From Thermoanaerobaculia bacterium (GTDB lineage Bacteria; Acidobacteriota; Thermoanaerobaculia; Multivoradales; Multivoraceae), in NCBI GenBank assembly GCA_963664405.1, contig OY761158.1, positions 96,001 to 160,000 of the forward strand: a stretch of 64,000 bases of DNA, in the 5' to 3' direction. A model generated the notes under the pieces. It did no database searches, was not told where the DNA came from, and was given only the letters and a program-made list of their open reading frames with translations. Shown here piece by piece: positions 29,125 through 39,574 of the stretch. How positions within the stretch are numbered: the stretch's first letter is position 1; each line of letters opens with the position of its first letter. A program made the translations under genes and the position numbers.

Positions 29125-30612
29125 CTAGGGAGGGGCTTCTCCGATGACTCGCTTGACGAGGCTCCCCTTCGCCAACGGCTCCTCAGCTCGGACGTGGTTG
29201 AGAAGAGCGAGCTTCTCGGCCGATATCGGCGACTTGTAGCTCCTCGTCATCTCGGTCGGCGTCATCGCCCTGTCGAGTCGAAAGATGTCGAGGCGGAGGG
29301 GCTCTACTGCCAGCACCCGACGATCCTTGAGTCGACCGAAACTAGCGATCGCTTTCTCGACGGCGGCGCGATGCTTCTGAAAGTCAGCGGAGGCACCGAA
29401 ACCCAGGAGGCGTAGAACGCGACCGTCCAATTCGACGAAAGCGGCCAAGCCGGCGAGCTGATTGCCGTTCATCTCGGCAGTGAAAAAGGCAGTGGCCGCC
29501 TTGAAGCCACCTATGTCGCGCCGCCACTCTTGCCCTCTCACGATCTCAGCGCGCTCGAAGAAGCCGTCAGCGCCGGCCTTGGCGGACTGCCCTTCCCCCA
29601 TACTGAGCAGGATGACCGCACCTCCGTCGGCACTCTGCGACACCAGTTGCTGGCGCTGGTCGACAGACTGCCACCCCTCAGGAAAGGTCAGCCGAAAGCG
29701 CATCTGAGGGTGCTGGTACAGAGCGCCCCGAAAGTACCCCTGTCGCGGATCGGTCCCATACATCATGCCATCCAGCATCCGCAGATATTCTTCACGACGC
29801 ACCGCGAGGCCCTCGAGCGAGCTCTCCTCCGCGGCGAGTCGCGCCCGAATTCGCTCTTGTCGCCGTTCCGGCTCGGGATGGGTCCGAAGCCAGGACGGGA
29901 TGTCTCCTCCCCCCGCTTCTTCGCTCACACGATCCAAGACACCAAAAACCTCCACCAGCGAGCTGGGATCGTAGCCGGCCCGAATCGAGTAGCGATAGCC
30001 GAGCTCGTCGGCTTGGATCTCGTCGTCGCGGCCGTATTTGAGGAACAGAAGGCCGAGCCCGCTCTGGGCGGCATTGGCGACCGAAGCGAGCTCGGGCGAT
30101 ACGGCGGCGGTCACTCCGACACCGACCTGAGCGAGTATTCCCTTACTCATCTGACTGGCACCGTGACGAGCGGTTACGTGTCCGACCTCGTGACCGAGCA
30201 CGCCGACGAGCTCGGCTTCAGAGCCGAGGTGCGCGAGGATGCCCCGAGTCACATAGAGAAAGCCACCAGGAAGAGCGAACGCGTTGACCACGGGGTCGTC
30301 AACGACCTTAAAGCTCCAGGGTAGATGGGCGCGCTCGGAGACCGACGAGAGTTTGGCGCCCAGCTCCTGAACGTAAGTCTGTAGTTCTTCGCTGCCATAG
30401 AGCCCCAGCTGAGCGACAATGCTCGCATCCGACTCGCGGCCCATCGCAATCTCCTGCCCTTCGCTGACGAGACTGAACTGGCGCTTGCCGGTCGCCGGGT
30501 TGAGACTGCAGGAGTAAAGGGCGCCAACCGCTACCAGCAAAGGCGCTAGCCGACGGTATCGGCGCAAGAAGACCTTTGGAGTCATGCTCATATCAGGGCA
30601 GCCAGCCATCAT
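29125..30612 (-). CDS. M48 family metallopeptidase lipoprotein
   Basis: Lipobox LYSC then LNPATG, NAFALPGG, HEVGH, EIQAD, THP; start approximate. Confidence 0.9.
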   Translation of the reverse strand: MMAGCPDMSMTPKVFLRRYRRLAPLLVAVGALYSCSLNPATGKRQFSLVSEGQEIAMGRESDASIVAQLGLYGSEELQTYVQELGAKLSSVSERAHLPWSFKVVDDPVVNAFALPGGFLYVTRGILAHLGSEAELVGVLGHEVGHVTARHGASQMSKGILAQVGVGVTAAVSPELASVANAAQSGLGLLFLKYGRDDEIQADELGYRYSIRAGYDPSSLVEVFGVLDRVSEEAGGGDIPSWLRTHPEPERRQERIRARLAAEESSLEGLAVRREEYLRMLDGMMYGTDPRQGYFRGALYQHPQMRFRLTFPEGWQSVDQRQQLVSQSADGGAVILLSMGEGQSAKAGADGFFERAEIVRGQEWRRDIGGFKAATAFFTAEMNGNQLAGLAAFVELDGRVLRLLGFGASADFQKHRAAVEKAIASFGRLKDRRVLAVEPLRLDIFRLDRAMTPTEMTRSYKSPISAEKLALLNHVRAEEPLAKGSLVKRVIGEAPP

Positions 30613-30791
30613 CTCCTCCTCTGTTCGTGCTGAAATTGTAGCCCCTCGACGCGATGCGCACACCCCCAGGGCGCACACCCTGCGTTAGTGAGCGCAGTCC
30701 AGGGCGCACCCGAATCCCGGCAAATGGATCGGCATCGACGTCGCAGGATCGGTAACATGGCGACGCCGGCTTAGCGCAGCCGCCTGCAACC

Positions 30792-30958
30792 CTAGTGTCC
30801 TGTATCAGAAGTTCGTCACACAACTCGCTGGCCCTTTTGCGTGCTGCCGTCGTTGCTCCTCCTCGCAATATTGCCCAATATACCTTCGTCGTAGCGCCTT
30901 GGCAGCACCCAAAATGACTGCGCGATTTATGCAACGAACCACTGATACAGGACACTAG
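30792..30958. mobile_element. MITE/ERIC-like fold-back element, subfamily A, copy A2 (167 bp)
   Basis: Perfect 17-bp inverted termini CTAGTGTCCTGTATCAG / CTGATACAGGACACTAG; near-identical to 20496-20662. Confidence 0.88.
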
Positions 30959-31008
30959 TTCCAAAGGCGAACGGATCCCAGGAAATCGACCATGCGGGGA
31001 GATCGCGA

Positions 31009-32130
<1,122 letters not shown>

Positions 32131-32146
32131 CGGTCTCAAATCAACC

Positions 32147-34072
32147 TCAGAGGTAACCCAGCGCTCGAAGCTCTTCGACTTCCTCTGCGGAGAGCTCCGG
32201 CCGCGAGCCGTCGCGAGGCCCATCGATGCCACGCCAGCGATGGAGCGCCTCCCTCAGCTCGACCTCTTCAGGGAGCCCACGGCCCGCCAGGTTCTGCTCT
32301 TCTCCCGGATCATTCGCGAGCTCGAAGAGGTACGGTCCGTCTGCGATGAAGGGATTACCCGAAGACTCCATATAGGCGTGAGTCTCAGTGCGAATACGCA
32401 CGCCATTGCGCCCGGCGGCCTCGCTGAATGCGACCTCCCGAGACCGTCCGTCGCGATAAGAGAGGAGCGACTGCCCCTCGCTCGGGGGCACCTCGAGGCC
32501 CGCGGCAGCAAGTAGAGTCGGGAAGAGATCGACATTTTGCGCCAAGCCTCCGTGCCGCTCGCCGCCTCTCTCCCCGCCGGGCCACCGGATCATCATCGGC
32601 ACACGGGTCGTGGTCTCGAACAGACCGGCGTGGCGAAAGCGAATGCCGTGCTCGCCCAGATTCTCTCCGTGGTCGGCTACGAAGACCACGATACTCGTAT
32701 CGAGATGACCCGCCTGGCGCAAGAAGCCCATCAGCCGATCGACCTGGCGATCCATGTAGGCGACCTCCCCGCGATAGAGCTCAGCGTGAGCGCCGAGGCG
32801 GGCTACCTCGAGCTCGAGGTCGCCCGGAGGGCGGAATCGCGCCCACGAGCCCGTGGGCGACAAGCCCCGCGAAGAGCTCGAGCTAAGCCCCGACCAAAAA
32901 GGATCGGGAGGGGTGTGGGGAGTATGGGGATCGAAGAGATGAATCCACACCAGGTACGGAGACTCGAGCGAGCTGATCTCGGTGATGGCTCGGTTTATTG
33001 TCGCCTCCGCGCTCAGCTGCTGCTGAGTATCGACGACTTCGGAGAACCCCTGACGAAGGCCCGCCTCTTCTTTGCCCAGATGCCGCACCGAGACGATCGC
33101 GAAGGTGTCGTAGCCGGCTTCGGCGAAGAGCTCCGCGAGAGTCGAGTGGCTCTCCGCCAGGCGATCCTGTAAATCGTAGACACCGTGACTTCGACCGTAG
33201 AGACCGGTCATGAGAGAGGCGAAGCTAGGGTTCGTCACATTGAAGGACGATATTGCGCTCATCCAAACCTCGCTCTCCTCGGCCAGGCGGTCGAGTGCGG
33301 GAGTGACACTTGGAGTGGCACCCCAAGCGCCCAAGGCGTCGGCTCGCAAGGTATCCGCCGTGAGCAGCACGACGTTCGGCCGTGCGCCCTTTGATGGAGG
33401 TGATACCAGAGGTCTGCGCTCGACCAATACCGGATTGGCCCAAAGAGCGCCCTCCTCCGCCACATCGCGGGTCTGGTGTCCGTCGAGAGGCTCGACACTG
33501 AGTACGAGTCGAATCGTTGTCCCCTCCCACGGAGACAGGTCTGCTGTCAGAGTGGCGGATGCAACGCGCTTCAGCTCGCCGTTGTCCGCCGAGAGCACTT
33601 CTGTAAGCTGGCTGCCCTCGAGAATAGAGACGTGGAAGCGAAAGGGTCGATCGTGCCCCTCGTTGCGAAGTGGAGTAAAAGAGAAGTACGCCGCTTCGCC
33701 CAAAGTCAGCCGGTATCGGAGCTCCGTGCCCTCACGCTGTGCGATACAGCGTACCTTTCCGGCGCGGATCTGCTGGGGACGCTCCTCCAGCGGAAGAGAG
33801 AGGTCCGGCAGGGTTCCACTCCCGAGATAGCTCAGCTTCGCGAAGTAGGCCGCTCTGGCGCGATCGTCGTCCGCAGACGTGAAGCTCACTGTCGGTTCTT
33901 CATCCCAGAGATCCACCAGTCGCCAGGCCGTTGAGACGCCAGGCGGATCCGCGGGAGCGCAGGACAGAAGCGCGGTCGACAGTCCCGAGAACAGACTCAG
34001 CAAGAGAAGGAGCCGCCCTTGCACCCTCAATGCGCCGACCCCGCCTCGGATCAGACTCGTGGGTTGGCGCAC
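32147..34072 (-). CDS. Sulfatase-superfamily lipoprotein
   Basis: PNVVLLTADTLRAD, TNPSFASLMTG, HLFDPHTP, ADHGE, RVPMMI, C-terminal LRALGYL; start uncertain. Confidence 0.85.
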   Translation of the reverse strand: MRQPTSLIRGGVGALRVQGRLLLLLSLFSGLSTALLSCAPADPPGVSTAWRLVDLWDEEPTVSFTSADDDRARAAYFAKLSYLGSGTLPDLSLPLEERPQQIRAGKVRCIAQREGTELRYRLTLGEAAYFSFTPLRNEGHDRPFRFHVSILEGSQLTEVLSADNGELKRVASATLTADLSPWEGTTIRLVLSVEPLDGHQTRDVAEEGALWANPVLVERRPLVSPPSKGARPNVVLLTADTLRADALGAWGATPSVTPALDRLAEESEVWMSAISSFNVTNPSFASLMTGLYGRSHGVYDLQDRLAESHSTLAELFAEAGYDTFAIVSVRHLGKEEAGLRQGFSEVVDTQQQLSAEATINRAITEISSLESPYLVWIHLFDPHTPHTPPDPFWSGLSSSSSRGLSPTGSWARFRPPGDLELEVARLGAHAELYRGEVAYMDRQVDRLMGFLRQAGHLDTSIVVFVADHGENLGEHGIRFRHAGLFETTTRVPMMIRWPGGERGGERHGGLAQNVDLFPTLLAAAGLEVPPSEGQSLLSYRDGRSREVAFSEAAGRNGVRIRTETHAYMESSGNPFIADGPYLFELANDPGEEQNLAGRGLPEEVELREALHRWRGIDGPRDGSRPELSAEEVEELRALGYL

Positions 34073-34076
34073 TCGC

Positions 34077-35399
34077 TCAATCGACCATTGCGAGCACCAA
34101 CTCGGGGAAGATGATGATCATCAAGAGCCCGACCAGTTGGATCAAGATGAACGGCACGGCGCCGCGATAAATCTGACTCGTCGAGATCTCCGGAGGAGCC
34201 ACTCCTCTCAGATAGAAAAGCGCGAAGCCGAAGGGTGGGGTGAGAAAGGAGGTCTGAAGGTTCATCCCGATCATGACGCCGAACCAGACCATATTCACAT
34301 CCAAGAGTCTTGCCGCCGGCGCCAGCAGAGGAATGATGATGAACGCGATCTCGAAGAAGTCGATAAAGAAGCCGAGTATGAAAACGGTGAGGTTGGTCAC
34401 AATTAGAAGACCGATCACTCCACCGGGAAGATTGGTGAGTAGATCCTCGATCCAGAGATCACCATTGAGGCCCCGAAACACAAGGGCGAAGGCGGTGGAG
34501 CCGATGAGTAGGAAGAGGACCATCGAGGTCAGGCGGGTGGTCTCGTCCATGGTCTCTTTGAGGGCCCGAAAGCTGAGCCGTCGATTCACTGCCGCCAACA
34601 GCATCGCTCCGACAGCTCCTAAGGCTCCGGCCTCCGTCGGAGTGGCGACACCGGCAAAAATGCTCCCAAGGACCAGGAGAATCAAGAAGAGTGGCGGAAC
34701 CATGACCAGCAGAACTCTTCGCAGTAGCGAAGAGCGTGCCATTGCCCGTTCACTCATCGGGAGCGCCGGAGCCATCTCGGGCCGCAACCAGGCCACGACG
34801 ACAACGTAGAGCCCAAAAAGTGAAGCCAGCATCACCCCAGGGATAAGAGAGCCGACAAATAGATCGCCAACCGAGATTCCCAACTGGTCAGCGAGTACAA
34901 CGAGCACCACACTCGGTGGAATGACCTGTCCCAAAGTTCCCGACGCGGTGATCACACCACAGGCCAGCTCCGGCGCATACCCGTAGCGCATCATCACCGG
35001 CAGAGAGATCAACCCCATCGCTACCACCGACGCCCCAACGACTCCGGTTGCCGCCGCCAGCATCGTCCCCACCACCACGACCGCGAGCGCCAAGCCCCCA
35101 CGCATCGGCCCGAACAGCAGGCCAATCGTCTTGAGGAGGTCCTCGGCGAGCTTCGACTTCTCGAGCATGGTCCCCATGAAGATGAAGAAAGGCACTGCCA
35201 GGAGGACATAGTTCGACATCACACCGAAGATTCGCTGAGGAAACGCGTAGAGGAGATTCCAGTCGAACAACCCGAGCTGAACACCGATGGCTGCGAAGAT
35301 CAGCGCCGTTCCACCCAGCGAGAAGGCCACCGGGTATCCAACGAAGATGAAGCTGAAGACCACTACGAACATGAGCGGTCCGAGAAGATCTAGGCTCAA
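34077..35399 (-). CDS. TRAP transporter large permease (DctM)
   Basis: GYPVAFSLGG, LLAVPFFIFMG, GTLGQVIPPS, ATPTEA, SFLTPPFG. Confidence 0.94.
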   Translation of the reverse strand: MSLDLLGPLMFVVVFSFIFVGYPVAFSLGGTALIFAAIGVQLGLFDWNLLYAFPQRIFGVMSNYVLLAVPFFIFMGTMLEKSKLAEDLLKTIGLLFGPMRGGLALAVVVVGTMLAAATGVVGASVVAMGLISLPVMMRYGYAPELACGVITASGTLGQVIPPSVVLVVLADQLGISVGDLFVGSLIPGVMLASLFGLYVVVVAWLRPEMAPALPMSERAMARSSLLRRVLLVMVPPLFLILLVLGSIFAGVATPTEAGALGAVGAMLLAAVNRRLSFRALKETMDETTRLTSMVLFLLIGSTAFALVFRGLNGDLWIEDLLTNLPGGVIGLLIVTNLTVFILGFFIDFFEIAFIIIPLLAPAARLLDVNMVWFGVMIGMNLQTSFLTPPFGFALFYLRGVAPPEISTSQIYRGAVPFILIQLVGLLMIIIFPELVLAMVD

Positions 35400-35947
35400 A
35401 GTCGAATCTCTCCGGACGATTGCATGTCGTCGGCACCCCGTAAGAACGCGAGACGATGTATGACCTGGCTTACGGCCTGCAGCAGCAGCAACGAAAATGA
35501 GAGAAGGATCACAGCCTTGATCGGGTATCTAGGTAGACCACCGGGGTCTGATGACACCTCTCGCACCGCCCAAGAGTTGGCCACCAGAGGCCACGACGTC
35601 ACCAGCGCGAAAATGCAAAAAGGGATCAGGAACACAAGGCCACCCAGGAAGTCGACCCACGCTTGCGATCGAGGCGACAGACGACCGTAGAAGACGTCTA
35701 CGCGCACATGCGCATTGCGCTCCAAGGTGTAGGCCGCGCCGAGAAGAAAGACCACGCTGAAGAGGTACCACTGCAGCTCGATGTAGACGTTGGAGCTGAG
35801 GCTCCAGCCCATGAAACGCCCCAGGTAGCGCACTACGGCGTTGTATGCACCGATCAGAATCATCAACAGCGCAAGCCAAGAAGCCAGCGACCCCGCGGCA
35901 GCGCTGAGGCGATCGATGCCACGAGCGATAACCAGAGCGATCCTCAC
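35396..35947 (-). CDS. TRAP transporter small permease (DctQ)
   Basis: ELQWYLF, HVRVDVFY, DPGGLPR; four TM segments; overlaps the dctM start. Confidence 0.92.
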   Translation of the reverse strand: MRIALVIARGIDRLSAAAGSLASWLALLMILIGAYNAVVRYLGRFMGWSLSSNVYIELQWYLFSVVFLLGAAYTLERNAHVRVDVFYGRLSPRSQAWVDFLGGLVFLIPFCIFALVTSWPLVANSWAVREVSSDPGGLPRYPIKAVILLSFSLLLLQAVSQVIHRLAFLRGADDMQSSGEIRL

Positions 35948-35979
35948 CTCATCCCTCGCAGTTCCGAGAGACTACGTTT

Positions 35980-37098
35980 CTAAACTTCGCCCGCGTCGGC
36001 GTCGAGTCGCCCTTTGAGCAGAGCTACGCGGCTGGATTCAGGGTCGAGACTCTCGGCGCGGCGAAGCCAGCTGTGGGCTTTCTTCAGCTCGCCCTGCCTG
36101 AAGGACAGGAGTCCCATGGCAGCGAGCGACTCCGCGTTCTTGCCCTGTCTTCTGAGGGCTTTGCGATAAAAGCGACTGGCGTCCTCGTAGCGACCCCGAC
36201 GCATACTCAGGTCACCCAGAGAAAGATAGGTGAACGGGTTCCGATTGGAGCTCTTGTCCGCCATCTCCAGAAGTTCAAAGGCTTCTTCGTCCTGACCTCG
36301 GAGAGTGAGCACTGCGGCCAGGTTCTGAAGCGCAGAGGAGGAGTGGAGGTCCATCTCGAGTGCCACGCGATAGGCAGCCTCAGCCCCATCCAGGTTGCCG
36401 GAGCGACGCAATGCGACCCCCATGTTCACCCACGAGGCCGAGTACCCTGGATCAATGGCCACGGCCGATCGCAGCCAATTCAGCGCCTCATCGTAGCGTG
36501 CGAGCCGAAGCTCCTCTGCCCCTCGGTTGGAGTAGAACATCGCAATTGCTCGATAGTCGTCAGCGATACTGAGACGCCGGTACTCGGCTCCTGAAGCATC
36601 CGCGAAATCGATGATGTGCATGTCGTGACTGGGCCCATAGCCCACTGCCACGTGGTCGGAGACCACGATCAGGTCACCGTCCTTGCGGTACTTCTCGATG
36701 TCTCGAACTTCTAGGAAGTAGGCGTGGATACCGACCTCGCGCGCCATACCGACAAAGAGATGGGTGAACGCCAGGCAATTTGCCTCGCCGCTCTCGAAGA
36801 CCTCAGTCGCGGTGCCCGTATAGCCACGTGCATACTCGATACCCACATCATCCGAGAAAAGGGCGCGAGTCAGCCGGCCGATCCCGTCCTCCGCGTCCGC
36901 CGACTTGGGTACGACTTCGTGCACCCAGCGCTTCATCTCCGGAGTCAGCCGGTAAGGGACAACCAGATGTGTAGGCTCCAGACCACGCGCGCGGATCAGA
37001 CTCTCGAGCTCCCCGCGCCCTACCTTGTGAGTACCAGGGTTGGCAGAACAGCCCGCGAGGGCGAGTACGCTCAACGCTACCAGTGCGATTCGCTTCAT
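35980..37098 (-). CDS. Lipoprotein with transglutaminase-like domain and TPR repeats
   Basis: LAGC lipobox; ANCLAF, DHVAV, IIDF putative Cys-His-Asp triad; C-terminal TPRs. Confidence 0.8.
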   Translation of the reverse strand: MKRIALVALSVLALAGCSANPGTHKVGRGELESLIRARGLEPTHLVVPYRLTPEMKRWVHEVVPKSADAEDGIGRLTRALFSDDVGIEYARGYTGTATEVFESGEANCLAFTHLFVGMAREVGIHAYFLEVRDIEKYRKDGDLIVVSDHVAVGYGPSHDMHIIDFADASGAEYRRLSIADDYRAIAMFYSNRGAEELRLARYDEALNWLRSAVAIDPGYSASWVNMGVALRRSGNLDGAEAAYRVALEMDLHSSSALQNLAAVLTLRGQDEEAFELLEMADKSSNRNPFTYLSLGDLSMRRGRYEDASRFYRKALRRQGKNAESLAAMGLLSFRQGELKKAHSWLRRAESLDPESSRVALLKGRLDADAGEV

Positions 37099-37108
37099 CC
37101 ACTGAGCC

Positions 37109-37699
37109 TCAAGCGGGTGCGTGACCTGCCTCCTCGTCCGAATTACGTTGGCGCAGCCTTTTCGCCACCTTCACAAGTGCGAAGCTCAAGCCGACGACAA
37201 CCAGACCGAGAGCCACGATGGGCATCGCCAGAGCAGCGAGAGAAACACCAACCGCCCCGACCAGCTCAGCGGTCGAGACCAGCGGGTTGCCGAGGCCACC
37301 CGTAAAGGCTGTCGAGGTCGCGCGCAGAAACGAGGTAGAGGCCTGCACCATGCCCGCTAGCCCGCCGCCGGCGACGATCGCGAGACCCCAGCGGAGCATA
37401 GGATCCATCTCATCCACAACGCTCGCGGTTACCAACACTCCCGCGACCACCGCGGCGGGCCCTGCCAGGGTATCGAGCACATTGTCGATCCAAGGTACGT
37501 AATAGGCGGCTATCTCCGCCAGAGTCGCAACGCTCAGCGCGATGAGCGCGGGAGTTGTCGCAAGCCACTCGAAGCCGTCTACCAAGCTCACCTGTCCGGT
37601 GGCCCCGGCCGCTCCGAGCACCAGCAACGGAACAAAGACGCGAAACCCGCAGGCGGCACTCAAGGCCAGCCCTAGAGCGACAATGATTGCGGTGTCCAT
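37109..37699 (-). CDS. DUF4126 family membrane protein
   Basis: LSAACGFRVFVPL, EIAAYYVPWIDNVLD, TGGLGNPLVST; start trimmed to ATG 37699 after AAGGAG. Confidence 0.85.
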   Translation of the reverse strand: MDTAIIVALGLALSAACGFRVFVPLLVLGAAGATGQVSLVDGFEWLATTPALIALSVATLAEIAAYYVPWIDNVLDTLAGPAAVVAGVLVTASVVDEMDPMLRWGLAIVAGGGLAGMVQASTSFLRATSTAFTGGLGNPLVSTAELVGAVGVSLAALAMPIVALGLVVVGLSFALVKVAKRLRQRNSDEEAGHAPA

Positions 37700-37751
37700 G
37701 AGGAGCTCCTTAGTTGGAGAGATCCACGCGACGACCTCGACCCTAATGATA

Positions 37752-39386
37752 CTACGAGCCCGAGCCCCCCCGACGTCCAATGCCCCCAAGCGCAAGACGG
37801 GCCCTCTCGGGCGACAGGGCCAGATACACCAACGAGAAGACGCAAAGCACCACGAGGGCCTGAAGCTGAGTAGGTCGGGAGCGGAGCGCCCACCACAAAA
37901 AGCCACAGGGCGCGGCGGCGAGCAGGGCCGTCAGGACGGGTCTGACAACCAGATGCCAGGGCAGCTCGACCGACAGTGCGGGATCGAGTCTCCGCCGCAG
38001 CAGCCCGAGCTCGAACCACGAGCCCAAGACACTGGCGATCGCCAGCCCCAGGGGAGCAAGCGAATGCGCCTCGGCACCCGCAATCGGCAGCAAGGCCTCG
38101 AGTGAGACCCGATCCAGAAGGAGGCTGACTGCCGCTCCGACACTTGCCGAGATCCCCAGGCGAACAAATGCAACCCGAGCGGGAGTCTTGGTGTCGCCGA
38201 CAGCGAAGAAGATGTTCTGAAGGAGTCTGGAGATGACCGTAGAAGGAAGTCCGAGCGTATAGACCGCCAGCACGAGATACACCAGCCAGTTGTCGGCGCT
38301 GCCGAAGTTTCCTCCTCGATAGAGAAGCGCAACAACCAAATAGCCGAAAACCAGAAAGAGAACCAGGGTCGGTCCCACAAAAAAGAATGCGCGCCCGAAC
38401 GCCGTCGAAAAGCGACCGGGCACAGCCGCGGCTCGCTTACCGGGATCGAGTCGGGAGAGCTCAGGAAGCTCGACTGCGGCGACCGAGAAGCCGAAGAGCG
38501 CAATCGGCAATAGATACAGACGCTGCGCCCAGCCAAGCGCCGCGAGAGTCCCAACGGTCAAGAATGAGGCCAAGAACAGGTCGATGTAGCCGGAGAGCTG
38601 CGCGGCGCTTCGTCCAATCACAGCCGGTCCGAAGCGCGACAGGGCCTCCCTTACCCCGTCGACAGCCAAAGAAAAGCGCGGACGGAAGCCGGCCAAGAGG
38701 CGCCAGACGACCGGCAGCTGAATACCAAGCTGAAGCACGGCTCCGACGAGGGCGCCGACGCACGCGGAGACGAGAAGGCGCTCTCCCGATTCGAGGCTGA
38801 GCCTATTCCCGACGAGATCCCTGCCGGCCCAAAGAAAACCGGTGATGATGGCTGCACTCCAAAAAGCGGGAGCACAATAGGAGAGGAAGAAGCGCCGGTG
38901 GCTGTTGAGGATGCCCAGACACCACGCCGAGAGAACGAGGATCGCAGTCATCGGGAAGATGATCCGGACGCCAGTCACCGCCAACGGATAGCGGTCGACG
39001 GTGCGCAGACCCGCTTCGACCAGGGCAGCGTCACGCAGCATTCCAGAGCTGAGGAGGGCAACAAGGGGACCCGCGAACACCACCCCCACGAGAGCCACGA
39101 GGCTTGCAAGCGCTAGCAGTAGGCCAAAGATCGCCGCCGCGAAGCGACTTGCCTCCTCCTCCTTCCCCTCTCCGAGCTTGCCGGCATAGACCGGGATAAA
39201 GGACGCAGAGAGGGACTGTTCCCCGAGAAGGTTTTGGAGCAAGTTCGGACCGCGGAACACGGCCGCAAAGACATCCGAAAAGGCCGAAACTCCCAGATAG
39301 TGGGCCGCAATTTTCTCTCGCAGCAGCCCGGTAATTCGGCTCAGCAGGATTCCTGACGCGACCTGCGCCACCCGGCGATCGCTCAA
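37752..39386 (-). CDS. murJ: Lipid II flippase MurJ
   Basis: LSRITGLLRE, PNLLQNLLGEQSLSASFIP, RLYLLP, DTKTP. Confidence 0.93.
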   Translation of the reverse strand: MSDRRVAQVASGILLSRITGLLREKIAAHYLGVSAFSDVFAAVFRGPNLLQNLLGEQSLSASFIPVYAGKLGEGKEEEASRFAAAIFGLLLALASLVALVGVVFAGPLVALLSSGMLRDAALVEAGLRTVDRYPLAVTGVRIIFPMTAILVLSAWCLGILNSHRRFFLSYCAPAFWSAAIITGFLWAGRDLVGNRLSLESGERLLVSACVGALVGAVLQLGIQLPVVWRLLAGFRPRFSLAVDGVREALSRFGPAVIGRSAAQLSGYIDLFLASFLTVGTLAALGWAQRLYLLPIALFGFSVAAVELPELSRLDPGKRAAAVPGRFSTAFGRAFFFVGPTLVLFLVFGYLVVALLYRGGNFGSADNWLVYLVLAVYTLGLPSTVISRLLQNIFFAVGDTKTPARVAFVRLGISASVGAAVSLLLDRVSLEALLPIAGAEAHSLAPLGLAIASVLGSWFELGLLRRRLDPALSVELPWHLVVRPVLTALLAAAPCGFLWWALRSRPTQLQALVVLCVFSLVYLALSPERARLALGGIGRRGGSGS

Positions 39387-39395
39387 TTCTTCACC

Positions 39396-39574
39396 CTAGA
39401 CCAGCGTTTCCAAAGTTCGCGTACATATCTCGGCCCCTTCTGCCCGCTGGCGGCGTTGGCTGGGCGCCCCCACGCTCCTCGATATATTGCCCAATATACC
39501 TGCGTCGGCGCGCCTAGCCAGCGAACAGAATGAGCTCGAGCTATGCAACCCGAACTTTGGAAACGCTGGTCTAG
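39396..39574. mobile_element. MITE/ERIC-like fold-back element, subfamily B, copy B2 (179 bp)
   Basis: Perfect 24-bp inverted termini; homologous to 21665-21830 with a net 13-bp internal insertion. Confidence 0.88.
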
